NCBI GenBank assembly: GCA_030141605.1
Contig: JAQGDQ010000067.1
Span: 310,001-374,000 of the forward strand
Reading direction: 5' to 3'
Origin: Tubiluchus corallicola
Taxonomy: Eukaryota; Animalia; Priapulida
Length of the DNA stretch: 64,000 nt
The notes under the pieces are model-generated. The model ran no database searches. It had not been told where the DNA came from and was given only the letters and a program-made list of their open reading frames with translations. The translations under genes were made by a program, and so were the position numbers. This document shows positions 1 to 13,400 of the stretch, piece after piece (position 1 is the stretch's first letter; the number at the start of each line of letters is the position of its first letter).

Positions 1-943
1 TTTTAAAGTATTTATTACCTGAATGATATTTATCTTTCATGATAACTTGCACTCTCTTTGCGACCCTAGTTTCATACAAATACGCCATTGATTGCTATTG
101 AATCACTACAATTTTTTAGGCGGATTTAACAATTTGATCAAGAGCATTGCAATCTCTCTGCATGACAGCGCCATACCAAACAGTAAGGGGTGTCGTTAAG
201 ACGCTCTCAATGACTGCACGATTAAAACTTTCCACCGCAGTAGGGGCAGTGTTGAATTATTTCAATTATCTTAAAAAGTACAGACGCTGGCTGGCCTTTT
301 TTTACACTATAGAGCACATTAGCTTCCCATTTAAGATCATCTGAAATTTTTATTCCCAGAAATTTGAAATCTTTAACAATTTCTACAGCTACAATTACAA
401 AGATGGTTTTCCATCAGGCTATTTCTAAAGTCTACAATACGTTCCAAATTATACTGTTCGCACCACCCTATTAAATTTTGAACTTCCAAAAATAATTAGT
501 CTGGTTGTTACTTCAAATAAGGCCAGCAAGTATGGTATCATCAGCGAATTTTACCGTCGTAGTATTTGGGGAGGATACTTCACAGACTCACAGTCATCTG
601 TAAACAATGTGTATAGCATTGGAGACAGGACTCACCCTTGAGGATAAATAAGTCACATGATAAATTAAATAAGTACAAAAAGCACGCAGCTTTATTTAGG
701 TGGACGCATGATATAATTTGTTTTTCTGATATTTTTGTGTTTCGAACCTACATTATCCTATGATATCGCAAATTCAGGACCAAGTCCTTAACTGTAGCCT
801 ATATTAGCGGTTGAGTCCGTTGAATAGTTCGTGCATAAAATTTAATGTTAATGAATATCATGCAAGAGATAATTAATAGTTGCTACTTTCGTTTTCACTT
901 GCATGGCTAAAGCACAGCGAAAAAGTTATAAGCTCACGATCGC

Positions 944-957
944 GTTACCATGGTAAC
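944..957. promoter_or_regulatory. Perfect palindromic RFX X-box-like motif GTTACCATGGTAAC
   Basis: 14-bp palindrome matching GTNRCC-N(0-3)-RGYAAC; CAG|GTAAGA donor immediately downstream. Confidence 0.45.
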
Positions 958-2727
958 CAGGTAAGACTCAGTGATATCGCTATAGTTGTTGCCCTGAGCA
1001 AATCAAATCGATGTGCATCATATTAGTAATATATCCGTACCGTGAGGTTGCAGGTACAAATGCAAGTGTTTTACCACTTACAGTAAAACTAATGAATTTT
1101 ATTGTAATGCCCAATACTAGCTGAATGGAGATTTCTCTTTACAGAGACGCCTCTTTACAGAGTCAATCACAGGACGAGGAAACACGTGTCCCACAAAAAG
1201 TTGATTCGATTTAATGCTTTTTATTTCAACGTTTGCGAAAGTTTCAAATATATTATACACATGTCACACTTTTTCTATTTACACAAATGCATCAAGTGAT
1301 TACGTAAATTTGTTACAGTTTTTAACAGTATTTACAGTATTTTTGTTACATTGCTGATCTGCATAACTATAATACTCGTAACAGGGTTTAATTTTCATTA
1401 TATCCAACTGCAGAACAGACTTACAGAAATTCTGTATTAAATATCATGATCCGTATATATAGAATACAATTTCAAATCATTTAGAAAGGCTCACTTCGAT
1501 ATATAGTCGATGTCAACAAAAACAATTCATATTGAAATGATGGTGGCCAAGAGGTGCAGGGTTCAAAATTGGATTGTTGCAATCTTGTAGCACTAGTGAC
1601 CACTAGTGACGACGTAAACTGCAAATTGAACAGGCAGTTTATAGTTAGAAACTGGGTTCTGTAAAGTGTTCAATAAAGGGTTGCTCATGCTAGCTGCAAT
1701 TACAATACAAGTGCTTAGTTGGTAAACACACCTGGCCCCTTCCACAACGACGGTTTTATACCTGGTATTCAACGCCACTATGGCTTCGTACGGAAGAGTC
1801 CATCCAAATGAAGAGGGTGGGGGTCGATAATAAATGACATTTCGCCCCTATAACAATATGTATAATTATCTTGATGTGATATTTTGAATTGTGTTTTATC
1901 TATACAAATGAGTTATATTACTCACTTATCTTGATTGATTCCGGTAAACTTAAATTTTCTCAATAATATTGATATGTGTCTTTTGAAATTTCCTATTACA
2001 TATCCTGATGTTTATGACGCAGCCTTTACACTGTTAACAGCTTAACATGTGCAATTGCATATTTTTACAGTTTAATTGTTAAAGTTTTACATTACTTTGC
2101 CAGTATAAACCCTGATATATAGATGCCAATGTAAAATATATAGGTAACAATCATCTAGGCTCTAAATAGTACAATTAATATACAATACATGAACTTATAC
2201 TACATAACACAATTGTGATTATGTTTGTACCAGCTGCTTCTGTTATAATGACGATCATAGCTTTATTGTAATTCATTTCTTAAAATATTTTTCTCGTACA
2301 TTGCCCTGTTTATAGTTGTATACTTATATATTGTTAGCTAAACCGACAATTAACGAGTGTAGTAGGATAAAAAATATTTTGTTTCCAGCTTTGGAAAATC
2401 ATGGGAAGATAACATTAATGTTGGTAAGAGTTTTCATTAGACGTTTTCAGTGCTTTTGCAAGTAACAAATTTGTTAATACACGTCTTATGAATGTCGGCG
2501 CTTTTATATTGTGCTTATATTACGTTATGTAATGTATGTGAAATAAACTGATTGACCCTCCGCATTGATACCTAGCCGGAACCTATAAATAAATAAATGT
2601 GTTTGGCCATTTTGATCATGGATAACAACAGCACATTAGTCCTTAAGGAGTTGTTTGCCTACTGCAACTATCATTCTTTAAACAGCATGGCAAATGCTAT
2701 TAAGAATGTGATTCTTCACTTTTACTC

Positions 2728-3258
2728 GGTGTTGTTCCAATAGATCAGTTACCAATATTCGTGAAGAATGCGGGATCGTATTGGTTCATATAGGTTTCAA
2801 GGACAGTAAAAATTCGGTATTGGTTTGGTATGGGTTTTGAGGAAAATAAAAAAATGGTATCGATATGGATCGGATTTTTCGGGTTCAGAACAAGAGTATA
2901 CATATTTCAACATAAACTGCATAGGTCTCCTGTTGCTTAATTACTTGATAAAGTAATAAAATAAGAAGCTATTCGAGCTTCTAGCATTACCAGCAAGAAG
3001 GTTTAAACATAAACACTGGTAAACGATTCCGGTTTTGAAAAATACTTCAAATTTTCTAATTGTGAACACATGTGTTAATAATTTGCATTTATAGCTGATC
3101 TAAACAATAATCAATGATCGATTAATCGGTGTCGGTTTTGAAAAAGTTGTATCGGATTGGGTATCCCTTTAAAAAAAATCAATAACCGGTATCGGTTTCG
3201 AGAAAAATCAACAAATCAGTATCGGTTCGGACGTTTTTTGGGTTTGGGAGAACACTAC
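2728..3258. mobile_element. Probable non-autonomous DNA element with many ATCGGT/TCGGTTTT subterminal repeats
   Basis: Recurrent ggtatcggtttt-type motifs; weak imperfect terminal inverted repeat. Confidence 0.4.
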
Positions 3259-3309
3259 TTCTACTTTCCTGAGGAGCGGTAGTTGTTGTTGATATTTTCG
3301 ATATTTATA

Positions 3310-4491
3310 CGAAAGTTTTGGTTGAGAGACTTGACAGAGAACAAGATTCAGCAAAACAATGACAAAGTTCTAAACCTCGAGTAGTGCATGTAGGTAACAT
3401 AAAACTATTTGATGCAGAGATGATGCCACGTAATTGAATAAATAATAGAGGTGAAGTAAATCTTGAACAGGGAGAAACAAAACTGGAGGATGAGGATAAA
3501 ATGACAGAAGAATTCAAAACAGTTGTTAGCAGAAGAACGTGAAGAAGAAAATTCAGAGCAGGATAGACAATATAACGAACCGAATAAAGAACTTAGCAGA
3601 GGGAGAAGAATCAAGAAACTTATTATTCGACTGGATTTGTAACGATTGAATTCACTGTTGTATTTGCATTATTATAAATTTGCACACTGGTGTCAGACAC
3701 GGGATGATGTTTGGGGGCAGGCATGCTTATAAGAAAGGGGGAGTGTAATGAACAGGGGTTCTCATATATGGATATTGCATTAAACAATTGAACAATAGCC
3801 AGATTCAAATAAGCAAATAAATTACGCAAATTACTTTACACAATATAAATTTGGATCGAAAAATATTTACATTTATTATCCTGTCACAGCTTATAGCATC
3901 GAGAATGTACCGAGTATAGGTAAGACGTTACACGTTATATCTTTTCTGGAATGCATGATATCGCAGGGGGCCGACTTGTACGGGATGATGTCATCCCTAA
4001 AATTAAGATTGCACGTCATAATTACGAAGATCATACCAACCTTGAGGTATCAGATGATGAGTGGAAGATAAGACAGCATAAACGCAGAGCAGAGGACAGT
4101 ATTAGACACGTCTGTTTTGCAAGCAGCAGAAGAGCCATTTGTGAGTTTTGGAAAAGAAAGAAGCTCCATTTATTGTCATTATGTCATTATTCAGCTCAGA
4201 GTCCCCAGAATATGTAACAGAAGAAGGTGAGTAGCCCGTTATTTACACATGTAACATAATTTATATAACTATTGCTTTGCTGGCGTTTGCTCAGTAGTTG
4301 AAGTAAATTTTGATTGCGAAATAGTGTATAAAAGCTACGCACTGTTAGCGAATTATAGTATAAGTGTTACGCAATCATGTACCTGTAGAATTGTTACCGC
4401 TAAAGTTTACCGCAGAAATGGAAAGAGCTCTATGCATTCACAAATACAAGCTTAATACAGTGCATATTGATTAAATATGTACTGTATTACA
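3310..4491 (+). mobile_element. Gypsy-like LTR retrotransposon 3' remnant: post-integrase tail, polypurine tract and probable LTR (3744-4491)
   Basis: KPRVVHVGNIKLF motif (~3372-3410), PPT AAGAAAGGGGGAG (3731-3743) abutting TGTAAT, matching ATTACA at 4486-4491. Confidence 0.55.
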
Positions 4492-5400
4492 TTTAATGTA
4501 AGTTGAAGAACCAAGTTCAACTTACTTACTGAAACGAATTTACAGTTAAAATTTTTAAGCTAAATGTATGTGTATTAGTTCCCACAGGAACTATTGTTTA
4601 CGACTAAAATTACAGCAATTTTTTTGTAATTTTATAATGTTAAGCTTGGAAATGATTGTTAGTAACTTAATAAACATACTCACCATAGGTTTAGTGTTCA
4701 AGTTTATGTTCCACTACAAACAAGTATTCACAAATGGATCCACATGTATATTAGGCAGGGGCGGGTCCTAGAGCTCCATGGTAGTGAATATTACATTTTT
4801 ATAGCAATTTCTAATACACGTATATTGTAGCATCGAAGATCTTTCACCTATCTGAGATGGCGCAATTCCCTAGACACCAGGTACACTACACTAGTAACCT
4901 AGTGAGCTTCGCATTCACTACAAGTTTCTGACATTGCTACCTATAATGAATTAATAACACGAGTAGGTGAACGAAGTTATTATTCAGAAACACTTTATTT
5001 TATAATTCAGTTTTTAACTCTCTACTTAGAATAAATGAATTAATAGCACAAGTGTTTGATCAAAACCTACTTAACAACACATTTTCTGTAATTCTATTTT
5101 TTCATACTTGCTAGCTATGAAGTCTATAACTATAATAAAATTAACAATGATAACATAATAGTCATTACCTGTGTGAGGGTTAGTTGTCGTAAATTGTAAA
5201 ATTGGTAGTATGTATATTCGCCAATTTTGTTAGCATGCGTTGTGCCGACGTGGCGAGGCCTTTTTGTGTTGAAAATATTTTTCATGGTGATTGTATCTGT
5301 GCAATAGACGTGCATAAATGTTTGTTTGACTAAATGCAGTGCTACAAACTATTACTAATGATTTTGCCTAAGAACTGTTTCTGTTGTCGTCGAGTAATGC

Positions 5401-5557
5401 CGAGTAAAGGCCACAACCTGTATATCTTTTATGTACCTACTTCTTAAAAAGCTTCATTCTGTAATCCAACATTTTAATATAATTTTAGTAATTATAATGA
5501 AATAATAACAAATACATGTACAAAACATATTTACAGTAAACACACTTCATTGTACAG
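5401..5557 (+). repeat. Dispersed repeat, second copy at ~19530-19672
   Basis: Shared CTTAAAAAGCTTCATTCTGTAATCC ... TATTTACAGTAAACACACTTCATTGTACAG. Confidence 0.8.
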
Positions 5558-6414
5558 AGTATAATCTATATTTTTTTCACTATGAATTTTTTCAAGTATA
5601 ATGTAGAATTAATCTAACTTCTTGATGTATTACTAGCTATTTATTATAGCTGCTATAATGAATGAATAACGAAGAGAATTATATCAAACTTATTTAACCA
5701 AGAGATTTCACGGTATAATACAAATGCCAGACAGGATTTCAGTAGGACCAAATTCATCAAGACCTGGACTGCTTCACCTGCATAAGGAGGAAAATCAGTA
5801 GCATTTTCTTTTTTTCTTTATGTCCTTGTATTTGAATAAGCATTTTGCAATGTGAGAGCAGAATTTGTTTTGTGTCACTCCACTGACACATAAATGTCCT
5901 TGCGAAGAGAGCAGGGTCTAGTAAGACAAGTTACAGAAATACAAGGAGACGGCTTGCATTTGTCACAATTTGGGCACCAACTTGGAAGCAAGTTGAATTC
6001 ATACGGGCATCATTGGTTCACAACTCCACATGGGATACATGAACTATCAGCCTCTTCGTCACATTCGGCAATAGTACCCTTTCTAACTCTTATCCCTGTT
6101 ATGTCCCAATACTGCTCTGGTTGACGTACCAAAATTCAGCACAGATTTGAATTTATATACAAGACCACTGTTTGATGTTTGCAATTAGGAATCAAACCTT
6201 GGATCGTGAGATGCCCCAAGTCCATTGCTGCATATTTTGTTACCCTGAAAGAAGGCAAAGCACTAGAGGACATCTGGGCATTTTACAGCAGAATCTAATT
6301 TCTATCTACATCAGAATCTAAATGCAAGATTTTTTTTAGAAATCTTTAAAGCATTTGATCCCTAGGCATTCTATCTACCTTAATAATTAAACTCCGAGTG
6401 CTGTTTCAGTCCCT

Positions 6415-6990
6415 GTGGTCATCTAGTTTAGGTTGAGATGAGTCGATACCTGAAGAGAAGGACCCTTGAATGGAATAATTTAGTATTAAGTTGACGTATT
6501 AAGTATTAACTTTCTGAAGCATTAAGTTGTGACACTCCAAGCTTTCCCAGATATGTTTGCATTGATTCTGGTATAGAAATGCATGAGTTCTGTGACGCTT
6601 CATGTAAAGCATACGCTGCTGTTGCATATCTCTAGAGCGACTCAGCTACCATGTTGGTCATGTCTCGATCGAAGCTGACCCCCTCAAGCTGGTCGCGTCG
6701 AGTACCCCTAAGTTAGAGCTGTGCTTGCTGTGCATTTAGCTGAATTCATTCAGCATTCTGTATCGTCTCTCCGCAGAAAGCCGTGTCACTTCTATTCCAA
6801 TTCAATGGTAGTTCTAGGTTGGATTTCTGGACAATCCAAAGAAGTGTTTGTGTGCAACCGAATACGAGAAATTCGATGTAAGTCTGATCCCTGAAAGTGG
6901 TCTCATGTTGATGCGACTAAAAATATTGCCAATCTGTCCTCCAGGGAGTGTAACCTTGTCACAGTCTAAAATTCCCAATTATGGTATCAT
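6415..6990 (+). mobile_element. BEL/Pao LTR retrotransposon remnant (RNase H / Peptidase_A17 region)
   Basis: EMHEFCDASCKAYAAVAYL, LVMSRSKLTP, PKLEL, FYSNSMVVLGWI, VFVCNRIREIR, WSHV..KNIANLSSR; disrupted. Confidence 0.85.
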
Positions 6991-7499
6991 GATCTTTCAT
7001 CCTTATAAGATGGTGGCTCTTACCCAAACCATGTCTGATTGATAATAGAAAAGCTTGTTTCAGTTACTTGCAAGTTATTTTTCATAATTTTTCTATTTTT
7101 AAACTTTGCAAAACTCAGACAAGTCATCGAAAGCAACACTATCGCAAAGATCATAAGGTTTTAAAAGACAATGATTTTTTTTTACTTTGAGTCTTTTGAA
7201 GGGGCTTTGGCTTTAACATGGTTATGGCTTCACGTATGACCAAAGATGTCCTCCTTCACTTTCCTTGTTACCGGCCTGGCACTTACAAGAAAATGTCAAA
7301 GGACTTCCGTATTGCCCAGTAGGGTGGTTTAACAGTTTTGTAAAAATTGTAGTGATTGCTGATGGACAAACATTTTGTAATTAATTTGTTGCTGTTTTAG
7401 TAATTGTAGCAAACTACATCTGCGCTTGCTTACTATACACAGTTTAGTATAGTATTATTACAGTTTTGGGTAATACTTTATTTGTTTAATTCCCTAGTA

Positions 7500-10320
7500 C
7501 CGCAAAGTTTTACTACCTTATCCAAGGTAATAAGGACCTAGATGGTAACTATCTGTAAACGGTCATCTCTCATATGCGTTTCGAAACTGTCAACTGATGA
7601 AGCACTGATGGTTGATGATGAAAGATAATTCCATAGTTTAACTACACGATGCCCAAAGAAGTGTGATCTGATATTGGTTCTAGCTGGTTGCAGTAATAAC
7701 TTACACTCATGACCACGAAGAACTCCGTGAGGCCTGGAAAAAGTCTCCCTCAGTATTTCCACTAATTATTTTGAAGCAGTTCACAAGGTCTACAGTCTCA
7801 CGCCTTTGCACAAGAATAGAAATTGAAGCGGGATCCAAATCAATCGCAAGACGAGTACATCTATTCTGAGTTCATTCGAGGGCATTCTTGAGAGTAGCAT
7901 ACTCGGGTGACCATACAACCGACGCATATTCCAGAATGGGTCGAACAACAGCTTTTCTCTATATCACACATCACTTAATCACGCCAATACGACAGTTTGC
8001 TTTAGTAATGATACGGTTCACATGGAAATTCCATTTGAGGTCATTAGAAATCATTACTCCCAAGTCTCTGATACAACTTTTTTCAGCTATTTGAGCATTA
8101 TTTAGAAAGTAAAGTGTAATAGATTTAGAATCTAAGTAAAGTACATTTACTGGGTTAAGTGTCATCAACCATTTACTGCACCAGTCTAAAATTTCATTCA
8201 AGTCATGTTGTAAACTATAACGATCAAGATCATCCCAAATTGGACGAAACGGCTTTAAATCATCAACAAATAATGCTAGTCTCTGGGGAAATACAACCGG
8301 TAATATCATTTATAAAAATAAGGAAGCAGTATGGGCCACTCAAGGTTCCTTGAGGGATACCACTTATAACAGGGTGCCATTCAGTGGTTAAGCCATTAAG
8401 AACAACACGTTGGAAACGATGAGTAAGAAAGTAACTGAACCACTTTAGAAGCTTACCTCTTTTACTAGAAAATTCCATCTTAAGTAAGAGACATTGGTAG
8501 GGACAGAATCAAATGCCTTTTTGAAATCAAGATAAAGTACATCAATACCAGGCAAAGTAGGATCATCGAAGAAGCAAGTCCACTGATTTAAACACGACAA
8601 TGGATTAGAGACGACTGAACGAAGAGGAAGAGAACCATGTTGGCACTTACATCTTCGTTCAGTTTGAATAAGAAAGGTTAGAATCTCATCCCATAATACG
8701 GATTCAAAGCATTTGACAACTACAGATGACAAAGATATGGGGCAAAGATCATCACACGAAGGACATGCATTTGACTGTTTAGGGATGGGGTTAAAGTTAC
8801 AGTTAAGCAAACATTGGGGTAGGACTCCAGAATCAAGCGACTTACAGAACAAAAGGAAAAGAGGGAGAGCAAGCTGGAGAACACAGGATTTCAAAATAAA
8901 GCCATGAACTTCATTGGGCCCTGTAGCCTTAAATGGTGTTAATTTAATAAGCTTAGCATATACATTGTTAATACTGAAATTAATGTCATTCAGAGAATCA
9001 GCATTCCAGCCAGAGAAGGAATAGACAAGACATTATCATCAGGCTCGTGGGTGAAGAAAGAACAGAAAGCATCATTTATTGTAGAAGCGACCCTTTTAGG
9101 ACGAGTAGCAACATCATTGTTACAATCTTTAATGCAACTAATATGGTTGGAAGGTTTCAAGAAGTATTTACTATACCTGAATTCCTTGCCATTTTTGCTC
9201 AACCTACTTGCAAGTCTATTTTCGTACCTCATCCTTGCATAGCGAATAGACAACATTAATTGCTGCCATTGTCTGGTATACTCAGCAAGAGCGCTACACA
9301 GATTAGTACGGTTCCACAGCCTCCAAAGTTTAAGCTTCTTAGATTTAGCTTGGCGGACACATTTATCATTTTCTCAGGGTGCACACAACTTTTCACACTC
9401 AGATTTAGAGTTTCCCCTTAGAGGGACAAAATTATCAACTGCATAGTTGTAGGAGTGGAAGAAAAAGTTCCAGGTACTTATAACATCACAATTACATATC
9501 TCATTACACCAGTCAATGTTTGCAAAAAAATCAAGCAACTGAGGTAGTGAAGCAACTAAGGTAGCGATAGTCTCTCTATGATCTAATATTTTCATACGAG
9601 TAAGAGAAATCAACAGAAAATTTTATGCTTGTATCATGGTCACTAGTTGAAAAACCAGGGTTAGCAATACAAAAGTTGATTTTTTCAGGACAATTGGATA
9701 ATACGAGTTCTAAACAGTTCTTATAATAGGTAGGGAAGTTAACGTGTTGGGTCAACAAATTTTCATTAACGATTTCCAAAAGCAAAACATCAAAAGCACT
9801 ATGGGGCAAAGGGTCAGGCCAAACTATGTTAGGTATATTGAAATTACCACAAATCACAGTATTGTGATTAGAATCATAAATCAATTGCTTTTTTCAATTT
9901 CACAAAGAACATCAGTATTAGAAACACCACATGTAGCAATATAATCAGGGTTACATGAATGGTAAACACATTGAATATTCAACTTTTGCTGATATGACGA
10001 ATGAAGTTGAATACCGACAACCTCGGCAGTAACCTTAATATCGAGTACAGTAGTTTTAATGTGGCTTTACAGATAATGGCTACGCCACCTCGACTAACAA
10101 AAGGAAATACGCAATGCCTATCATGCCTGACAATTTTATAACCAGCAGGACAAATGGAACTATCAGTAATTTTACCATCAAAAGTCTGATTTGTAAAAGG
10201 CTGCGTGCACCCCGTGAAATGACAAGTGTGTCTACCAAGCTAAGTCTAAGAAGCTTAAACTTTGGAGTCTTACTAATTTGTCTAGTGCACATGTTGACTA
10301 TACCAGATAATCACAGCAGC
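7500..10320 (-). mobile_element. Decayed CR1-group LINE ORF2 (APE endonuclease plus RT)
   Basis: PAGYKIVRHDR..RGGVAI, CGNFNIP, TSDH, YLDFKKAFDSVP, SGIPQGTLSGP, LFVDDLK, RDLGV, FFGHRVVKLWN; many frameshifts. Confidence 0.92.
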
Positions 10321-10325
10321 TAAGG

Positions 10326-10466
10326 TCATCTATTTGCCATGCAAGGATGAGGTGTGAAAATAAACTTACAAATAGGTTCAGCAAAAATGGCAAGAAATTT
10401 TTCAGATATCGTAAATACCTTCTGAAACCTTCTAACAGTTGCATTAAAGATTTTAACAATTATGTT
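10326..10466 (+). mobile_element. Inverted copy of an internal CR1 segment (homologous to ~9112-9256 on the - strand)
   Basis: RCENKLTNRFSKNGKKFFRYRKYLLKPSN-SCIKDFNN versus RYENRLASRLSKNGKEFRYSKYFLKPSNHISCIKDCNN. Confidence 0.8.
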
Positions 10467-13400
10467 TTTTGTGGATGCACCCAAGTAAAATATCTGAAAG
10501 AAAAAGCGAAGTTCGGCACTACCTGGTGTGATAAACCTGAAATCAATTTATTCAGCACAAAGATGTGATTCAACAATAAAGAGAAGCAAACAATAGAAAA
10601 ATAATTAACAGGTTGAAATAGGAAATTACAGCCGCTTAACAAAAATATGACATGTTTCCAACATTCGCCTAATCGATTTCTGATCTATGGCAAAAATAGC
10701 AGATTATTGCGTTAATTTACAAAAGAAACATAATTTAATCTGAATTATCAAAACTTACAATTTGATTACTAAAACTGCATTCTAGATAACAAAAAACAGC
10801 AATTAATATGTTCACCAGAATTACGGCAGTAAGAAAGAGCTATAATCATACCCATGTAAGCATGAACAGGTAAAACGGGTCATGTAAGTCATGTGACTAT
10901 ACCTAAAGTTGGCTTTTGATATTTAGCTGGCTGTATTGTAGGGCTGGGTCATTGGGCCTCCACGGGTCAAAAGGCCACCGACAGGTTTTACAGAAATGCC
11001 AGTAAAGGAAACTACATATGCGTGGTATAGTGAAAGCTCCTAAACATATAAAAAGATTGCCCATGGTTATGATGCTTGAATGTGGCATGCAGCTGGGTGA
11101 GGTCTCATGTTAGTTTATTGCTATTTTTATAATTTTTGGGCTAACTAATCGAATGTGGAATGCTACTAAATGTACCCAATGGCTAGTGCCATGTTATAGT
11201 TACATATGTACACATTTAAGTGCTGTCTAAATTGAACGCATAAAAGTTTGATATTTTCTAAAGAATTTTTGTACTTAATTGCACAGGCACGTCATGATAC
11301 GCGAAGGACCTCCTCTGGCTGTGGAGCAAAAGGCTTCCAGGGGCTTAATGCCCCATTGTACATTACTTATTTTGTATCGTGCCAGTAATGATTTTTATAT
11401 GCAGGCGAGCACAAATATGGTTAGAAATTACCAGAGAATTTAACTATTCCAGTTAAGAATATAAGTGCCTACAACATTTTGAATCAGAAATTATTACTAT
11501 AATATTGAGACAAATTTCGAAATACCATTTCCGTTAAAGATCAATGGGTTGAATTTAGTACAAACTACAAACACAGTACAAAAGGTACATACGTGTGCAA
11601 CAAAATATTTAAATGCAGGTATAGAGAAAGTAAAATGAAACAATGAAACTTCAAAACATGTTTGCTTAATATTATTATAAAGATACAGTGATTCATAACA
11701 ATGCACCGATACGTTCGAAACTTACACAACGATAATACAGAAAAAGTAATTTGTAATGGAGCACAGAAATTCAAAACATGCCTCGACGTTACAGCAAAGC
11801 ATAAACAGATGAAACAGCATGTAGTAATAACAGTAGAAACCAGCAAAACCTGACAGAAGCCTTTTGCATAATGTCCAAACAGTTTCCAAAATTACATTAT
11901 GTGGTCAAAGGCCTTTTGCAAAACTTTGGACACTTTAACCCTGCAGTGAAACAAAGTAGTCAGTAAATGTAATATTTTGTAGATTAATAGTATATTACAT
12001 AGAGAGTACCTTACAAAAATTACAAGTCAGTGCATTAAATAGGGTGGCCACAGTAGGCTTTGAAACTTAGAAAGGGCCTGTTGCCTCCCCAAACCTATAA
12101 CAAAGTTAAAAAGGTTAAACCAAAAAGATTTCGAAAACATTATTGAGGTGCCATTAGCATTCACATTATTACTTGTCCTGAACAGGTTGTTTCTACAATG
12201 AATAATGCTTTTGCATCACGAGTGAGCCCGATGATAATGCCTTAGCTATTCCTTTGTCTGGTTGGAATGTCAGTTCTCTGAATGTCATTAAATTGAGTAT
12301 CAATAATGTATATAGGTCTACTAAGCTTATTAACTTAGTGTTTCTCTTGATAATAGACACCAATGAAGTTCCAGTTTAGCTGTTTTTAAGCTTTGGAATT
12401 AACAATTGAAGATAACAGTTAAAGATTGAGGTTCATGGGTTTATTTTGAAATCCTGTGCACTTAGCTTGCTCTCACTGTTTTCCTTTTTCCCATAAATCT
12501 CTTGATTCTGAAGTGCTCCTCCAATGTTGGCTTAGTACTGTCATTTAAATATATATATATGTATTAAACACTGTGTAATAATCTTGTATATATACACACT
12601 TTGTATGTATATAACCAAAATAATGTTAATTACATATCTACGCTGCCATGATAACATGATCACTAATTTCTCACACCATAGTTTAGGGCTTTGCATGTTT
12701 TACCATCTTCATCGTCATCATCATCATCATTACATTATCATTATTATTATTATAGTTTATCATTACGATTTATTTTCAGTGCAAGCAGAATATAAAGAAA
12801 GGGTGCTGACTTTCTTAATTATGGCTTTCAGATCTTCTCAAAAACCTAAATGGATTGGATTTATTCACGTACATGCCATCAATGAATTTCAAGGGTTTTA
12901 TTCTCATCAGCCAAACCTGGTCTTTTCTATAGTCAGCAAGTGATGTTGATGACAAAATGTACAAGGTATTGGTCTGATTTTTTTTGAAAAATTGATTCTG
13001 TTATTATCTATTTTGTTGTATTCTAGTTATTTTTGTTATCACTTTCTATGCTTTCTATGTGGACTGTTTGTTTAGTCTTTGCTTTGGTTGTCTTTTGGCT
13101 TTCAAAATAGGAAAAAGGGAAATAGTTGGCTACCACTGGCCACTGGACTACCATTCATTACCTTTGGTTCTGCAAAATGTTCATTTCATATCAGTTATGT
13201 CATACAGGAAGATCTAGCAAGAAGTTCTACATTTACAGTTTCGGTGTTCTTCCTGTGGTTTGACTGGTGAGTCAAGTATTATACTGTACAAAAGTTATAG
13301 CTTTCTAGCTGTAGTGTTGCATTCACGACTACACGTTATATATGTTTACTGCTAAGTCAACATAGCAGAAGTATTAGGAATCGGTGCTGTAACAAACGGT

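Noticed and set aside
7500-10320. Functional reverse-transcriptase system
   Set aside because: All RT/EN pieces in the window are frameshifted LINE relics with stops; none is intact
12584-12943. 119-aa His/Ile-rich ORF
   Set aside because: Low-complexity (CAT)n/(ATT)n sequence, non-ATG start, no recognisable domain
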